DNA of 64,000 nucleotides, from NCBI GenBank assembly GCA_035548815.1, contig DASZSF010000005.1, positions 115,741 to 179,740 on the forward strand, in the 5' to 3' direction. The stretch is from Minisyncoccota bacterium. GTDB lineage: Bacteria > Patescibacteriota > Minisyncoccia > Phycocordibacterales > SBAW01. The position numbers and the translations under genes are program-made. The notes beneath the pieces are model-generated. The model was not told the origin of the DNA and did not search any database. It worked only from the letters and a program-made list of their open reading frames with translations. Of the stretch, positions 38,227 to 48,231 are shown piece by piece; position 1 is the first letter of the stretch, and each line of letters starts with the position of its first letter.

Positions 38227-40428
38227 ATGAATCACGACGACCACAAAAATCACAAACACAGAGCCCATGGCATGGAGCAATACACCTGCCCGATGCATCC
38301 TGAAGTAATAAAACATGAGCCGGGCAAATGTCCGGGATGCGGCAAGGATTTGATTCCCAAGGAAAAGGGGGTAGGCGGTGAACATGCCGGGCACGATATG
38401 TCGAAAATGAGCCACATGGATCACGAGGCAGCGATGACGAACCCACAGATGGCGAAGGCAATGGAGGCCGATATGCGCCGCCGGTTCTGGATTTCATTCG
38501 TACTCTCGATACCCATTTTCTTGTATTCGCCCGTCGGCGTGAACCTGTTGAAGCTCCATCTGCCCGCGCCGATACCGGTCAGCTGGATACTCTTCATCCT
38601 CACGACACCGATAGTTTTCTGGACCGGCTCCATATTCATCACGGGCACGTACTACTCGCTCAAAGCCAAGAAGCTCAACATGGCGGTCTTGATCGCGACA
38701 GGCGTCCTTGCCGCGTACCTCTTTAGCGTGCTTCTCACGCTGATACAGCCTGCGAGCGAGACGTTCTACGAAGCCGCCGCGCTTCTTGTCACCTTCGTTC
38801 TTTTTGGGCATTGGATGGAGATGAAATCCCGCAAAGGCACATCGGACTCGCTCCGAGCCCTCTTTGATCTGGTACCGCCTCAGGCCCGAGTCATCCGCGA
38901 CGGAAAAGAGATGAGCATACCGAGCGCGGAAATAATCAAGGGGGACGTCGTCGTGTTGCGTCCTGGCGACAAAGTGCCGGTTGACGGAGAAATCATTGAG
39001 GGTGATTCATCGATCGATGAATCACTTGTGACCGGCGAATCCATCCCTGTCTCGAAGGCGAAAGGAGACAAAATAGTGGGAGGTTCGGTCAACCTCACCG
39101 GCGCGGTGCAATTCAAGGCGACAAAAGTCGGCGCGGATACTGTCTTGGCACAGATCATCAAGATGGTAGAGACTGCACAGAACTCCAAAGCGCCCGGGCA
39201 GCGTATCGCCGACAAGGCTGCCGCCATTCTGGTGGTGGTCGCCATTGGCTCCGGACTTGCCGCATTCTTTGGCTGGTATTTCTTCGGAGGTGCGGGACTT
39301 CTCGCCGCCCTTACCTTTGCCGTATCGACTGTTGTCATTGCATGCCCTGATGCATTAGGGCTCGCGACGCCAACAGCCGTTGCGGTGGGCACCGGCTTGG
39401 GTGCCAAGCACAACATTCTCATCAAAGATGCCGCAACGCTTGAAAATACTTCCAAACTCAATGCTATCGTGCTTGATAAGACAGGTACGCTCACCGAAGG
39501 GAAACCGAAAGTAACCGAGGTTGTTTCCACAAATTCTTATACCAAAGAGGACGTGCTTGCATACGCGTCTGCCGTTGAGCGGAACTCGAATCATCCCATT
39601 AGTCTCGCGATTATCAACGAAGCATCGAAGCGTAGCGTGTCCATCGAGAAGAAAGTCGAGAAATTTGAATCAATCGGCGGTCATGGCGTGCGTGCTGTTG
39701 CCGATGGCAAGACGGTCATTGCGGGCACTGAGCGCTTGATGAAGCAAAGCACTATTGATCTCTCACCACTCAAAAAGGAAATCGACCGTCTGCTTGGCAC
39801 AGGCAACACCATCAGCATCGTCGCGATTGACGGCAAGGTGGCGGGTGCCATCGGCGTCGCAGACACGGTACGTGAATCCGCACAGAAAACAGTATCCAAA
39901 CTAAAAGATATGGGTTTGGAAGTCGTCATGATCACTGGCGATCACGAACAGGTCGCTAAGGCAGTTGCAGGACAGCTTGGGATTGAACGCTACTTCGCAC
40001 AAGTGCTTCCTGAGGAGAAAGCGAAGTACGTGAAGAAGTTGCAAGACGAAGGTAAAAACGTAGCAATGGTCGGTGACGGCATCAACGATGCACCTGCCTT
40101 GGCGCAATCCGATATCGGCATCGCGATTGGTGCAGGCACCGACGTCGCCATCGAGACCGGCAACATCGTCCTGATGAAGTCCGATCCTTACGACATCGTG
40201 GCCGCCATCCGATTGTCTAAAGCAACTGTCACGAAGATGAAACAGAATCTATTTTGGGCTGCTATCTACAATGTTCTCGCAATTCCCGTGGCCGCAGGAG
40301 TTTTCTACTCAAGCTTGGGTTGGTCATTGCGACCTGAAATTTCCGCACTCCTCATGTCCGCTTCCTCAATCATCGTTGCTACAAACGCGGTTCTGCTCAA
40401 ACGGGTGGAGCCGCGCTTGAAGGAATGA
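38227..40428 (+). CDS. Copper-translocating P1B-type ATPase
   Basis: YTCPMHP N-domain, TGES, CPDALGLA, DKTGT, HP, GDGINDAPAL, YN, MSASS. Confidence 0.95.
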   Translation: MNHDDHKNHKHRAHGMEQYTCPMHPEVIKHEPGKCPGCGKDLIPKEKGVGGEHAGHDMSKMSHMDHEAAMTNPQMAKAMEADMRRRFWISFVLSIPIFLYSPVGVNLLKLHLPAPIPVSWILFILTTPIVFWTGSIFITGTYYSLKAKKLNMAVLIATGVLAAYLFSVLLTLIQPASETFYEAAALLVTFVLFGHWMEMKSRKGTSDSLRALFDLVPPQARVIRDGKEMSIPSAEIIKGDVVVLRPGDKVPVDGEIIEGDSSIDESLVTGESIPVSKAKGDKIVGGSVNLTGAVQFKATKVGADTVLAQIIKMVETAQNSKAPGQRIADKAAAILVVVAIGSGLAAFFGWYFFGGAGLLAALTFAVSTVVIACPDALGLATPTAVAVGTGLGAKHNILIKDAATLENTSKLNAIVLDKTGTLTEGKPKVTEVVSTNSYTKEDVLAYASAVERNSNHPISLAIINEASKRSVSIEKKVEKFESIGGHGVRAVADGKTVIAGTERLMKQSTIDLSPLKKEIDRLLGTGNTISIVAIDGKVAGAIGVADTVRESAQKTVSKLKDMGLEVVMITGDHEQVAKAVAGQLGIERYFAQVLPEEKAKYVKKLQDEGKNVAMVGDGINDAPALAQSDIGIAIGAGTDVAIETGNIVLMKSDPYDIVAAIRLSKATVTKMKQNLFWAAIYNVLAIPVAAGVFYSSLGWSLRPEISALLMSASSIIVATNAVLLKRVEPRLKE

Positions 40429-40488
40429 GTCGTACCCGGTCGAGGTACGATGAAGGTAGAGATTAAAAAAAAATAAACCAATCAACAT

Positions 40489-40707
40489 ATGAAATTCTCA
40501 AAATTAATGCATGTAGCCAGCGTTGTAGTGGGGTTTGCAGGCGTGTTCGTGTTCATCGTTACCGTTGTCGGGGGCGATGCTAACATCTTCGGTATTACAA
40601 AAATGGACGCACTCGCTTGTGCCGCCATTCTTATACTCATCGCAACTTGGACTCAGATCGCGACTATCCATCACATGATGCTTGAACGCAAAGGTGAACT
40701 TATCTAG
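40489..40707 (+). CDS. Small membrane protein
   Basis: Two TMs, IHHMMLE. Confidence 0.65.
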   Translation: MKFSKLMHVASVVVGFAGVFVFIVTVVGGDANIFGITKMDALACAAILILIATWTQIATIHHMMLERKGELI

Positions 40708-40709
40708 CC

Positions 40710-41354
40710 ATGTGCTTCTCGGCCACAGCAAGCTTCGTAGCAGGTGGAACGTTGTCGGCAGCAGGGGCTCTTACTCTTACTCAAGCGAAAACTAAGAAAG
40801 AGCTCCCATTCGCCGCAATACCGCTCTTGTTTGGCGTGCAACAGACTATCGAAGGATTCGTGTGGCTCTCATTCGGCTCTGCATTCTGGAATGTCGCACT
40901 GACATACGCGTACTCGATGTTCTCGCACGTATTGTGGCCGATATTCGTTCCCATTTCAGTTTTGCTACTAGAGACAGACCCAACCCGAAAGAAGATCCTG
41001 CGATCCTTTTCGGTTATTGGTGCGGCGGTGGGACTATACCTTCTATACTTCATCATCGTTGATCCGGTGACGGCGCATGTCGTTAACCACAGCATCGCGT
41101 ATCACTCGCCGCACTTTTATGCTCTTCCGACAATGTTTCTTTATTTGATCGCGACATGTGGTAGCTGTCTTGCGTCGAGCCATAAAATCATCAAAGTGTT
41201 CGGGGTCGTGCTTCTTACTTCGTTCGCTATCGCCGCGTGGTTCTACACCGAAACATTCTTCTCGGTTTGGTGTTTCTTCGCAGCAATTCTTAGCGTTATC
41301 GTCTGCTGGTATTTCAGGAATAAAAATATGCAAAAATCTCACGTTTCGGTATAA
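40710..41354 (+). CDS. DUF6629-like membrane protein
   Basis: MCFSATASF, P.LF..QQ..EG.VW, F.SVWCFFAA. Confidence 0.8.
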   Translation: MCFSATASFVAGGTLSAAGALTLTQAKTKKELPFAAIPLLFGVQQTIEGFVWLSFGSAFWNVALTYAYSMFSHVLWPIFVPISVLLLETDPTRKKILRSFSVIGAAVGLYLLYFIIVDPVTAHVVNHSIAYHSPHFYALPTMFLYLIATCGSCLASSHKIIKVFGVVLLTSFAIAAWFYTETFFSVWCFFAAILSVIVCWYFRNKNMQKSHVSV

Positions 41355-41361
41355 TCGATCT

Positions 41362-41772
41362 ATGCGAAGTTTTTACCCGTATCTAAAGATATTCATTGCG
41401 ACCGCGCTCCTCGCATTTCTTCTCTTTGGCTCTGCGGGAGCGATGCATTTTGGCATGAATATGGGAGCAGATGGCAAGATGGCTCCTTGCCCGTTCTCTG
41501 GCGAAGGGGCGATTTGCACCATGAATCCGCTTGAGCACATCGCCGCATGGCAGAATGCATTTACCACGACAGTCCAAAACGAGCGCGATATTGCTTTTCT
41601 CCTCATCGCCCTCACACTCCTTTTCACCGTCGGCTTTTGGCGAGAGCTTTTTACAAAACGAGACTTACGCTCGTTGCAGAAGTGGCATAGCGTCCTGCGC
41701 GAGGAGTTCAGTATCTTCGACCCGCTCCAAGAAGCGTTTTCAAACGGCATCCTAAATCCAAAAGTATTTTAG
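41362..41772 (+). CDS. Membrane protein with Met/Cys/His motif
   Basis: M..CPF......C.M...EH...WQ; FS.GILNPK end. Confidence 0.7.
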   Translation: MRSFYPYLKIFIATALLAFLLFGSAGAMHFGMNMGADGKMAPCPFSGEGAICTMNPLEHIAAWQNAFTTTVQNERDIAFLLIALTLLFTVGFWRELFTKRDLRSLQKWHSVLREEFSIFDPLQEAFSNGILNPKVF

Positions 41773-41830
41773 GTAGGCACTCCTCGCCGCGTCATTCGTC
41801 GCGGATTATTCGGTGCTATCTAATCTACTC

Positions 41831-42547
41831 ATGGAAACAACACAAGAATCTAAAAGTATCGTATCGACTCCTGTCGCTATTATCATCGCAGGAGTCATCA
41901 TCGCTGGCGCGGTCATCTTCGCGACAAAGCAACCCGCCGCTCAACCGGCCGCGGCTAACGCTCAACCGCAAGCCCCAGTCGCCGTCGATGTAAGTAAAGT
42001 TAAAACCGACAGCGAGCCGTTCATCGGCAACGCCAATGCGCCCGTAACCATGGCCTACTGGTACGATTACCAATGCCCATTCTGCCAGCGCAACGAAGAG
42101 GATACGATGCCGCAGATCGTTAAAAATTATGTCGATACCGGCAAGCTCAAGGTCGTGTTCAAGGATTACGAATTTCTTGGCCCCGACTCGCAAACGCTCG
42201 GACAGTTTTCCCGCGCCGTATGGGCCGTCGCTCCCGACAAATTCTATCAATGGCACAAAGCCATCTACGACAACCAGGGTACCGAGAATACCGGCTGGGC
42301 GACGCAGAACAAGATTCTCTCGATTACTACTAGTGTGCTTGGTGCCGGCGACACAGCAAAAGTGGCTGCGTTCGTGAAGAGCAATGGAGCCGAGTATCAG
42401 AAAGCAATGGATGCGGATAAAGCTGAAGGCACGGCCATGGGCATCAGCGGCACTCCCGGCGCAATCATCGGCAAGCAGTTAATCTCCGGAGCGCAGCCAT
42501 ACGCGGCATTCCAAGCGGCGATAGATGCGGCTCTGAAAAACCAGTAG
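41831..42547 (+). CDS. DsbA-family thioredoxin-fold protein
   Basis: G..NAPVT, DYQCPFC, GISGTP, GAQPY. Confidence 0.92.
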   Translation: METTQESKSIVSTPVAIIIAGVIIAGAVIFATKQPAAQPAAANAQPQAPVAVDVSKVKTDSEPFIGNANAPVTMAYWYDYQCPFCQRNEEDTMPQIVKNYVDTGKLKVVFKDYEFLGPDSQTLGQFSRAVWAVAPDKFYQWHKAIYDNQGTENTGWATQNKILSITTSVLGAGDTAKVAAFVKSNGAEYQKAMDADKAEGTAMGISGTPGAIIGKQLISGAQPYAAFQAAIDAALKNQ

Positions 42548-42551
42548 ACCT

Positions 42552-43214
42552 ATGCGTACTCAATATGTTCCTGTCCTCATCATCGCTCTCGCGGTGCTCG
42601 TAGGCGGATATCTTATCGCAAGATCGCATACGCCGGTCGCCAATGCGGAAGTTGCCGCAGAGTATGCAAAGATCCCGACAGCGAGCGGCAAAGCGCTCTT
42701 CATGGCGCAGAGCAAAAATCTGACAGAGAGTGTCGACCCAACCATTGTCGATCTCGATTCCCAGCTCATCACCTGCGCTCCGAATGTTGATAGCTTGCTC
42801 TCAACAAATCCTTCAATCGGCGGCAGTTGTGTTGCGGACGGCATGAATCTTGCTTCGACCACTGGTATGTATTTAGGCGGTCAGTGCTGCGGTCCCATGA
42901 AAGACCTTACGGAGTACAACGAAGAATTAAAAAATCTACAGCAGTACAAAGACATTCCCGACGTGCCGATGAATCCGTACAAGACATCGATTGGGATTGC
43001 GAAGAAATGGATCGACTACGACAACGCCACCATGCTCACACCGCAAGAACAAGTGGTCATGGATCAGGCGATGAAAACGTCGAAAGAAGGTCCGTGCTGC
43101 TGCAAGTGTTGGCACTACTTCGTCAATGAGGGCATCGCAAAAAAAATGATCAAAGATTACCACTACAGTGCGCAGCAAATCGCCGCGTATTGGGATACGT
43201 CGAGTATCTGTTAA
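42552..43214 (+). CDS. Secreted Cys-rich hypothetical protein
   Basis: N-terminal TM; GQCCG, GPCCCKCWH, terminal C. Confidence 0.7.
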   Translation: MRTQYVPVLIIALAVLVGGYLIARSHTPVANAEVAAEYAKIPTASGKALFMAQSKNLTESVDPTIVDLDSQLITCAPNVDSLLSTNPSIGGSCVADGMNLASTTGMYLGGQCCGPMKDLTEYNEELKNLQQYKDIPDVPMNPYKTSIGIAKKWIDYDNATMLTPQEQVVMDQAMKTSKEGPCCCKCWHYFVNEGIAKKMIKDYHYSAQQIAAYWDTSSIC

Positions 43215-43226
43215 CTAAATAACATT

Positions 43227-43682
43227 ATGAAAACAATCATTATTACTACCGCAGCCGCGGTACTGCTTCTTGTTGGCGGCACGTTGTGGTCGAAGAGTAT
43301 CTCAAACAGCGACCCTAATGTCGTCGCCTCAGGCGGCATACATTGGCACCCGCAGCTCACGATCTATATCAAGGGCGTGAAGCAAGATATTCCAGCGAAC
43401 CTCGGCATCGGTCCGCAATTCGCGGGCACCAACGGTTACGATCCGCAAATGCAGATGGCGGCTGTACACACCCACGAGGATCTTCCGCTCATTCATCTCG
43501 AATTCATGAGCGGTCCCGTACGCAAAGAAGATGTCACGCTCGGCCAATTCTTCAAGATATGGGGCAAGGACATGCATTCACTTGGTACGAACATGCGCAT
43601 GATGGTCAACGGTAAAGCGAACACCGATTACGAGAATTACGTCATGCATGATGGAGATAAGATAGAATTGAATTATGACTAA
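43227..43682 (+). CDS. Secreted His-motif protein
   Basis: IHWH, HTHE...IH.E, TLGQFF.IWG. Confidence 0.7.
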   Translation: MKTIIITTAAAVLLLVGGTLWSKSISNSDPNVVASGGIHWHPQLTIYIKGVKQDIPANLGIGPQFAGTNGYDPQMQMAAVHTHEDLPLIHLEFMSGPVRKEDVTLGQFFKIWGKDMHSLGTNMRMMVNGKANTDYENYVMHDGDKIELNYD

Positions 43683-45255
43683 GAAATATCTCTACATTGC
43701 CATAATTGCTGTGGTAGTCATTGCCGGCATCGTTCTCTACCAAAAATCTCCGCTTGCCGTATCAGCGTATGTCAGTACCGATGTCGTCGGACTGTCGGAG
43801 GTAAAAGCGCCCGAGACTGTTGAGCTAAAGAATGGCGATACCTACACACTCACAGCAAGTTATGTCTCAAAAAACATCAACGGCATGAACTACCGAATGC
43901 TTGCGTACAATGGATCGATTCCTGGGCCTGTAATCAAAGTTCCGCAAGGAGCACGGGTAACCATCAACTTCAAGAACGATACCGACATGCCGACCCTGCT
44001 CCACTCGCACGGCGTGCGGATGGATAATCAATTTGACGGCTCGCAGACATCGCAAGACCCGATACCGCCGGGCGGCTCGTTCGCGTACACGCTCAAATTC
44101 CCAGACGCTGGTATGTACTGGTACCACCCGCATGTGCGCGAGGACCTTGAGCAGGAACTTGGTCTCTACGGCAACTTTCTGGTCGTGCCAACCGATGGCA
44201 ATTATTGGGACCCTGTAAATCAGGAGGTGCCGCTTACGCTCGATGACATTCTCATCCAGAACGGCAAGATTGATTTGAGCAAACAAGCAGCTGACCACAC
44301 GCTCATGGGCCGCTACGGCAATGTCATGCTCGTGAATGGGCAGACAGATTACTCACTTTCAGCAAAGAAAGGAGAAATCGTCCGCTTCTACATCACTAAC
44401 GTGGCAAACGCTCGGCCGTTCAACTTTGCGATTGAGAGCGCGAAACTCAAGCTGGTCGGTTCTGACGGCGGTGCGTATGAGCAAGACCAATGGAAGGACT
44501 CGGTAGTCATTGGGCCCTCGGAGCGCGCCATCGTCGAAGTCCTTTTTGACAAAAGCGGCACGTTCGCCATCGAAAACAAAACACCGGACCAAACCTATAC
44601 AATTGGCTCCGTAGCGGTGTCTAATGAGTCAGCGTCCGTCTCGTACGCAAAGGAGTTCTCCGTGCTCAAAACGCATACTGCAACAGTAACGAGCATCGAC
44701 CCTCTACGTTCCTACTTCGACAAAGCGCCTGACAAGAAAATTGCCATCTCAATCACCATGAACGGAGCACCCGCACAAATGCAGATGAGTATGGGAGGAG
44801 GCCACATGATGCCGGACGGCACCATGATGGGTGGCTCGATGATGAGCACGAGCCCCGATGGTATCGAATGGAACGACACAAACATGATGTCTGGTGGCAT
44901 GTCTACAACTGATAACGTGAAGTGGACAATCACCGATCAGGATACGGGGAAGGTGAACAGCGATATCAAGTGGACGTTCAAAAAGAATCAACCGGTGAAG
45001 ATTGAAATATACAATGACCCGCATTCAATGCACCCGATGCAGCATCCCATTCACTTCCACGGCCAGCAGTTCTTGGTACTCTCAGTCAACGGAGTAAAAC
45101 AAACAGACTTGGTGTGGAAAGACACCGTGCTCGTGCCGTCTGGTCAAACGGTCGACATTCTTCTATATCCGACAAATCCGGGCACATGGATGGCACACTG
45201 CCACATCGCCGAGCATTTGGAGGACGGGATGATGTTCACGTATACGGTGGAATAG
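43675..45255 (+). CDS. Multicopper oxidase with Met-rich insert
   Basis: HSHG, WYHPH, HPIHFHG, HCHIAEH...GMM. Confidence 0.95.
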   Translation: MTKKYLYIAIIAVVVIAGIVLYQKSPLAVSAYVSTDVVGLSEVKAPETVELKNGDTYTLTASYVSKNINGMNYRMLAYNGSIPGPVIKVPQGARVTINFKNDTDMPTLLHSHGVRMDNQFDGSQTSQDPIPPGGSFAYTLKFPDAGMYWYHPHVREDLEQELGLYGNFLVVPTDGNYWDPVNQEVPLTLDDILIQNGKIDLSKQAADHTLMGRYGNVMLVNGQTDYSLSAKKGEIVRFYITNVANARPFNFAIESAKLKLVGSDGGAYEQDQWKDSVVIGPSERAIVEVLFDKSGTFAIENKTPDQTYTIGSVAVSNESASVSYAKEFSVLKTHTATVTSIDPLRSYFDKAPDKKIAISITMNGAPAQMQMSMGGGHMMPDGTMMGGSMMSTSPDGIEWNDTNMMSGGMSTTDNVKWTITDQDTGKVNSDIKWTFKKNQPVKIEIYNDPHSMHPMQHPIHFHGQQFLVLSVNGVKQTDLVWKDTVLVPSGQTVDILLYPTNPGTWMAHCHIAEHLEDGMMFTYTVE

Positions 45256-45433
45256 TCCTCCTATCCCACCTCAAGACCCTTAAGAGCCTCCTTGTTGGCA
45301 AACCCCCTTCGCAAATCCCTGGGGTCTGCTAGGGTGCAAAGCGATAGCATAAAGTGCTATCATGTTCGTGCACAACTAAATATAAGCCGACCTAACCCCT
45401 CAGGCCTCAAAACCTCAGGATATGGTCGCAAAT

Positions 45434-45576
45434 CCCGCTAGAGATCAAAGGACTCCTGGTCAGAGTCACTCTAGCGGGTCGTATCGGGAAACCGGTACGG
45501 GCTCGGCCGAAAGGTCGGGTCGCGATGGCCAGGAGCCTTTTGATTAGGGCTCACTCCGTCGATAAAACCCGCTAGA
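45434..45576 (+). ncRNA. Structured leader RNA / putative antisense switch
   Basis: 19-bp helix 45444-45462/45526-45544 closing two GAAA-tetraloop hairpins; internal CTAGCGGG complementary to sites at 45434 and 45568. Confidence 0.65.
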
Positions 45577-45580
45577 ATTC

Positions 45581-46516
45581 ATGGAAGAAATCGCCCCCAA
45601 GAAAAAGGGTAACGTTCTCAAATGGATAGGTATCGTGTTAGGCGTTTTGGTACTTCTCGCCATTATCAGCGCAGCTGGTTCCAGTTCCTCGTCTTCGGGC
45701 GGAAGTGCTACTGTGCCGTCCGATACGGGGATTTGTGGTACTAATCCGCAGGCGCTAAAAAAAGAAGCGTTTGTTCCAAATTATAAACAGCTCGCAAAGG
45801 ATCCGAGCGTATCTCAAGGCACCGTTGCCACGTTCACCGGTCAGATAGTGCAGATTGAGCAAAGCGGCAATGAAGGCATCATGCGTCTTTCCGTCACGAA
45901 AGAATCGTACGGTTGGAGTCTTAGCGATATCGTGTACGTAACGTATCATCAGGCGACGAATGCCGTCGACGGTGACGTTGTCTCCGTTACGGGGAAATTA
46001 ACCGGAAGCCAAACATATACGTCGCAGGCAAACTTTCAGATCACTATACCGAGCATTGATGTTTGCACCGTCGATACAAAACCGGTCGTATCAGCTCAAA
46101 CGACAACTCCCAAATCAAAGACGACCACACCGACTCCAAACACTTCTTCAAATCAGTCGAGCCAGCAAACTTACACTACTCCGAGTGGCGCGACAGTGAA
46201 CAATAGCGGTAATGTCGTCACGCCGCCGCCTGCGCCTCCGGCATCGTGGCACACGGTACAGACTTTCAGCGGCCAGACGCAAAAGAACACCGCTCCATTT
46301 ACCATTCAAGGGTCGCAGTGGCGAATTAGCTGGCAAGAAACGGGCGATGGTTACTTTGGTGCCAACGCGCAGAGTCCCGATGGAAGCAACTATTGCTCCA
46401 TCGCCAATCTGGTCGGTTCCGGCTCCGACTCTACGTACTGCTATGGCTCTGGGACGTATTACGTCTCGGTCAATACCGCAAATTCTTGGACGATCACCGT
46501 CGAAGACTACTACTAG
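45581..46516 (+). CDS. Membrane-anchored extracellular protein (OB-fold-like + beta domain)
   Basis: N-terminal TM, Ser linker, G.V..FTG.IVQI, Thr/Pro linker, WRISW domain. Confidence 0.7.
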   Translation: MEEIAPKKKGNVLKWIGIVLGVLVLLAIISAAGSSSSSSGGSATVPSDTGICGTNPQALKKEAFVPNYKQLAKDPSVSQGTVATFTGQIVQIEQSGNEGIMRLSVTKESYGWSLSDIVYVTYHQATNAVDGDVVSVTGKLTGSQTYTSQANFQITIPSIDVCTVDTKPVVSAQTTTPKSKTTTPTPNTSSNQSSQQTYTTPSGATVNNSGNVVTPPPAPPASWHTVQTFSGQTQKNTAPFTIQGSQWRISWQETGDGYFGANAQSPDGSNYCSIANLVGSGSDSTYCYGSGTYYVSVNTANSWTITVEDYY

Positions 46517-48231
46517 TGTCCTCGCACTCGCTGTCGCATAAGTTGGCCGTACACCTGTAGATTGTATTGGCTCATTCGTCTCGCCTCATCCTCGGCTTCT
46601 TTGCGTCTCTGTTCGCGGATGACAGCCGTCTCGAGATCAATCTTGCGCTTGCGCCATTGCTCTTGTGCGGAGAACCATTCCTGATTCGGAATCCGTCCTT
46701 GCATCCACGCCTGTCTGACATCGGCGAGCCACAGATCATTCTTTCGCAATTCGTTTTCATCTGCGGTGCCTGATAACGCGGGCTGCGACGGGAATACAAA
46801 TCCCGGCTCTGTGATTTTCGACATTATCATGTGTGCCGCGATGGCGAACGCATCGACAAGATCGTCGTGTCGTTCCGCACCGAAGTTCACGAGTTGGAGA
46901 ATTAGCTCCTCGCACCCGTGCTCGGGGAAAACGATAATACCTTCTTGAATAAGGTGCGTGATGAGCGTCAATCGCTGGCGCTTATCCTGTCCATATACCT
47001 TGAATTCTTCGGCAGGAAAACCGTCATGCCGCAGGTCCTGCGGCATTGCTCTTTGATATTGCACGGATTCGATATAGAGCGAGGTCGGGTGGCCGTTCCC
47101 CAGATAGCGCGAAAGCATTTTGAGCTTCGCACGCGCCTCGGGGAATAGGAGGCGGTCGTTGAGCGGGTATTGGTGTACGTACGCTTTCCACGCGCCTTCT
47201 CTGTTGCGGAAAAGCGAAATTGAGACGGCGGCCGTGCAATCCGCCTTCGTATCTTCCGTGATGGCTAGATCGACGCCGGTTAAAGTGACGAAGAAATCAG
47301 GGTTGCCCTCAATCGAGGGCATGTCCGCGTAGCGTTGAATCCACTCGCGCTTCACGACCGATTCTTCGTCGTCGATGATTTTCAGAAGATACTCTCGCGA
47401 CCACGTCTGTATGCTGGGCACCGTTTTACGAAGGGCTTCAATCGCCGCCGTATCAGGGAATTTCGAGAACCATGCGATCTTGCCATCCTCGATCAACGGA
47501 TACGACTTGAAAATGCCATCAAGCTGATCCTCGTCGATATCACGCCGCAAGCGCATGATGATCCCGTCGTCATGCAATCGTGTGCCGATCACGACGACTC
47601 TGGTGCCAAGGTCGCCCATAGGCACGATGTCTCCAAAAAGTTGTGTGTACAGCTTGTCCCGATTTTCTTTTACCTTCACCGACGTGAGGTCTTCGAGGTC
47701 GTCGAACACCATCAGGTCCGGCCGGAATGAGCCGTGCTTGATGCCACGAATCGATGTGTCGAGCGACACGGCGGTGATACGCGCGTCGTACTTTGGAATG
47801 ACGATGGACGTCTGCCGCCACTCGTCGTCTGGCTCATCGAACGGTCCCAGTTCGCTTTTGAGCAATTCGTTGTCAGTGAGTTCATCGGTGATGTTTTTCA
47901 TCGTTTGTCGCGCCTGCTGCTGCGTCTTGCAGACGATGAGCACGAATTTTTTCTGCTGGACGCCGATGATCGACCAGATAGGAAGGCTCGTGGCCATGAT
48001 CGTGCTTTTGGCGCTGCCACGGAACGCCTCGACGACCAGAAATTTCTTACCTTGATCCTGTGTGAGCGCGAAGAGTTCCTTTTGAAACGGCGCGGTCTTG
48101 TACTTGGCGTGGTGGCCGAGAAATGCATGGAAGAAGAACAGATGACTACGCCGCGCCGCCTCCCGACGCAGCTTCTTGTTCGTTCTGATTTGCTCCAACT
48201 CCGTCGGAGCCTTTTGCTGAATCTTTTTCAT
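46513..48231 (-). CDS. Phage-type terminase large subunit-like protein
   Basis: AFRGSAKST Walker A, RG....RPDL..FDD.E, GVDLA nuclease motif, HDDLVDA. Confidence 0.88.
   Translation of the reverse strand: MKKIQQKAPTELEQIRTNKKLRREAARRSHLFFFHAFLGHHAKYKTAPFQKELFALTQDQGKKFLVVEAFRGSAKSTIMATSLPIWSIIGVQQKKFVLIVCKTQQQARQTMKNITDELTDNELLKSELGPFDEPDDEWRQTSIVIPKYDARITAVSLDTSIRGIKHGSFRPDLMVFDDLEDLTSVKVKENRDKLYTQLFGDIVPMGDLGTRVVVIGTRLHDDGIIMRLRRDIDEDQLDGIFKSYPLIEDGKIAWFSKFPDTAAIEALRKTVPSIQTWSREYLLKIIDDEESVVKREWIQRYADMPSIEGNPDFFVTLTGVDLAITEDTKADCTAAVSISLFRNREGAWKAYVHQYPLNDRLLFPEARAKLKMLSRYLGNGHPTSLYIESVQYQRAMPQDLRHDGFPAEEFKVYGQDKRQRLTLITHLIQEGIIVFPEHGCEELILQLVNFGAERHDDLVDAFAIAAHMIMSKITEPGFVFPSQPALSGTADENELRKNDLWLADVRQAWMQGRIPNQEWFSAQEQWRKRKIDLETAVIREQRRKEAEDEARRMSQYNLQVYGQLMRQRVRGH

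Noticed and set aside
45293-45360. GGCAAAC...GCAAA resemblance to the c-di-GMP-I riboswitch
   Set aside because: Lacks the GNRA-capped P2 and receptor helix; folds as a simple hairpin upstream of the likely promoter
45434-45544. HDV-like ribozyme pseudoknot
   Set aside because: No P3/L3 or P1.1 consensus, and the zero-length linker makes the pseudoknot sterically implausible
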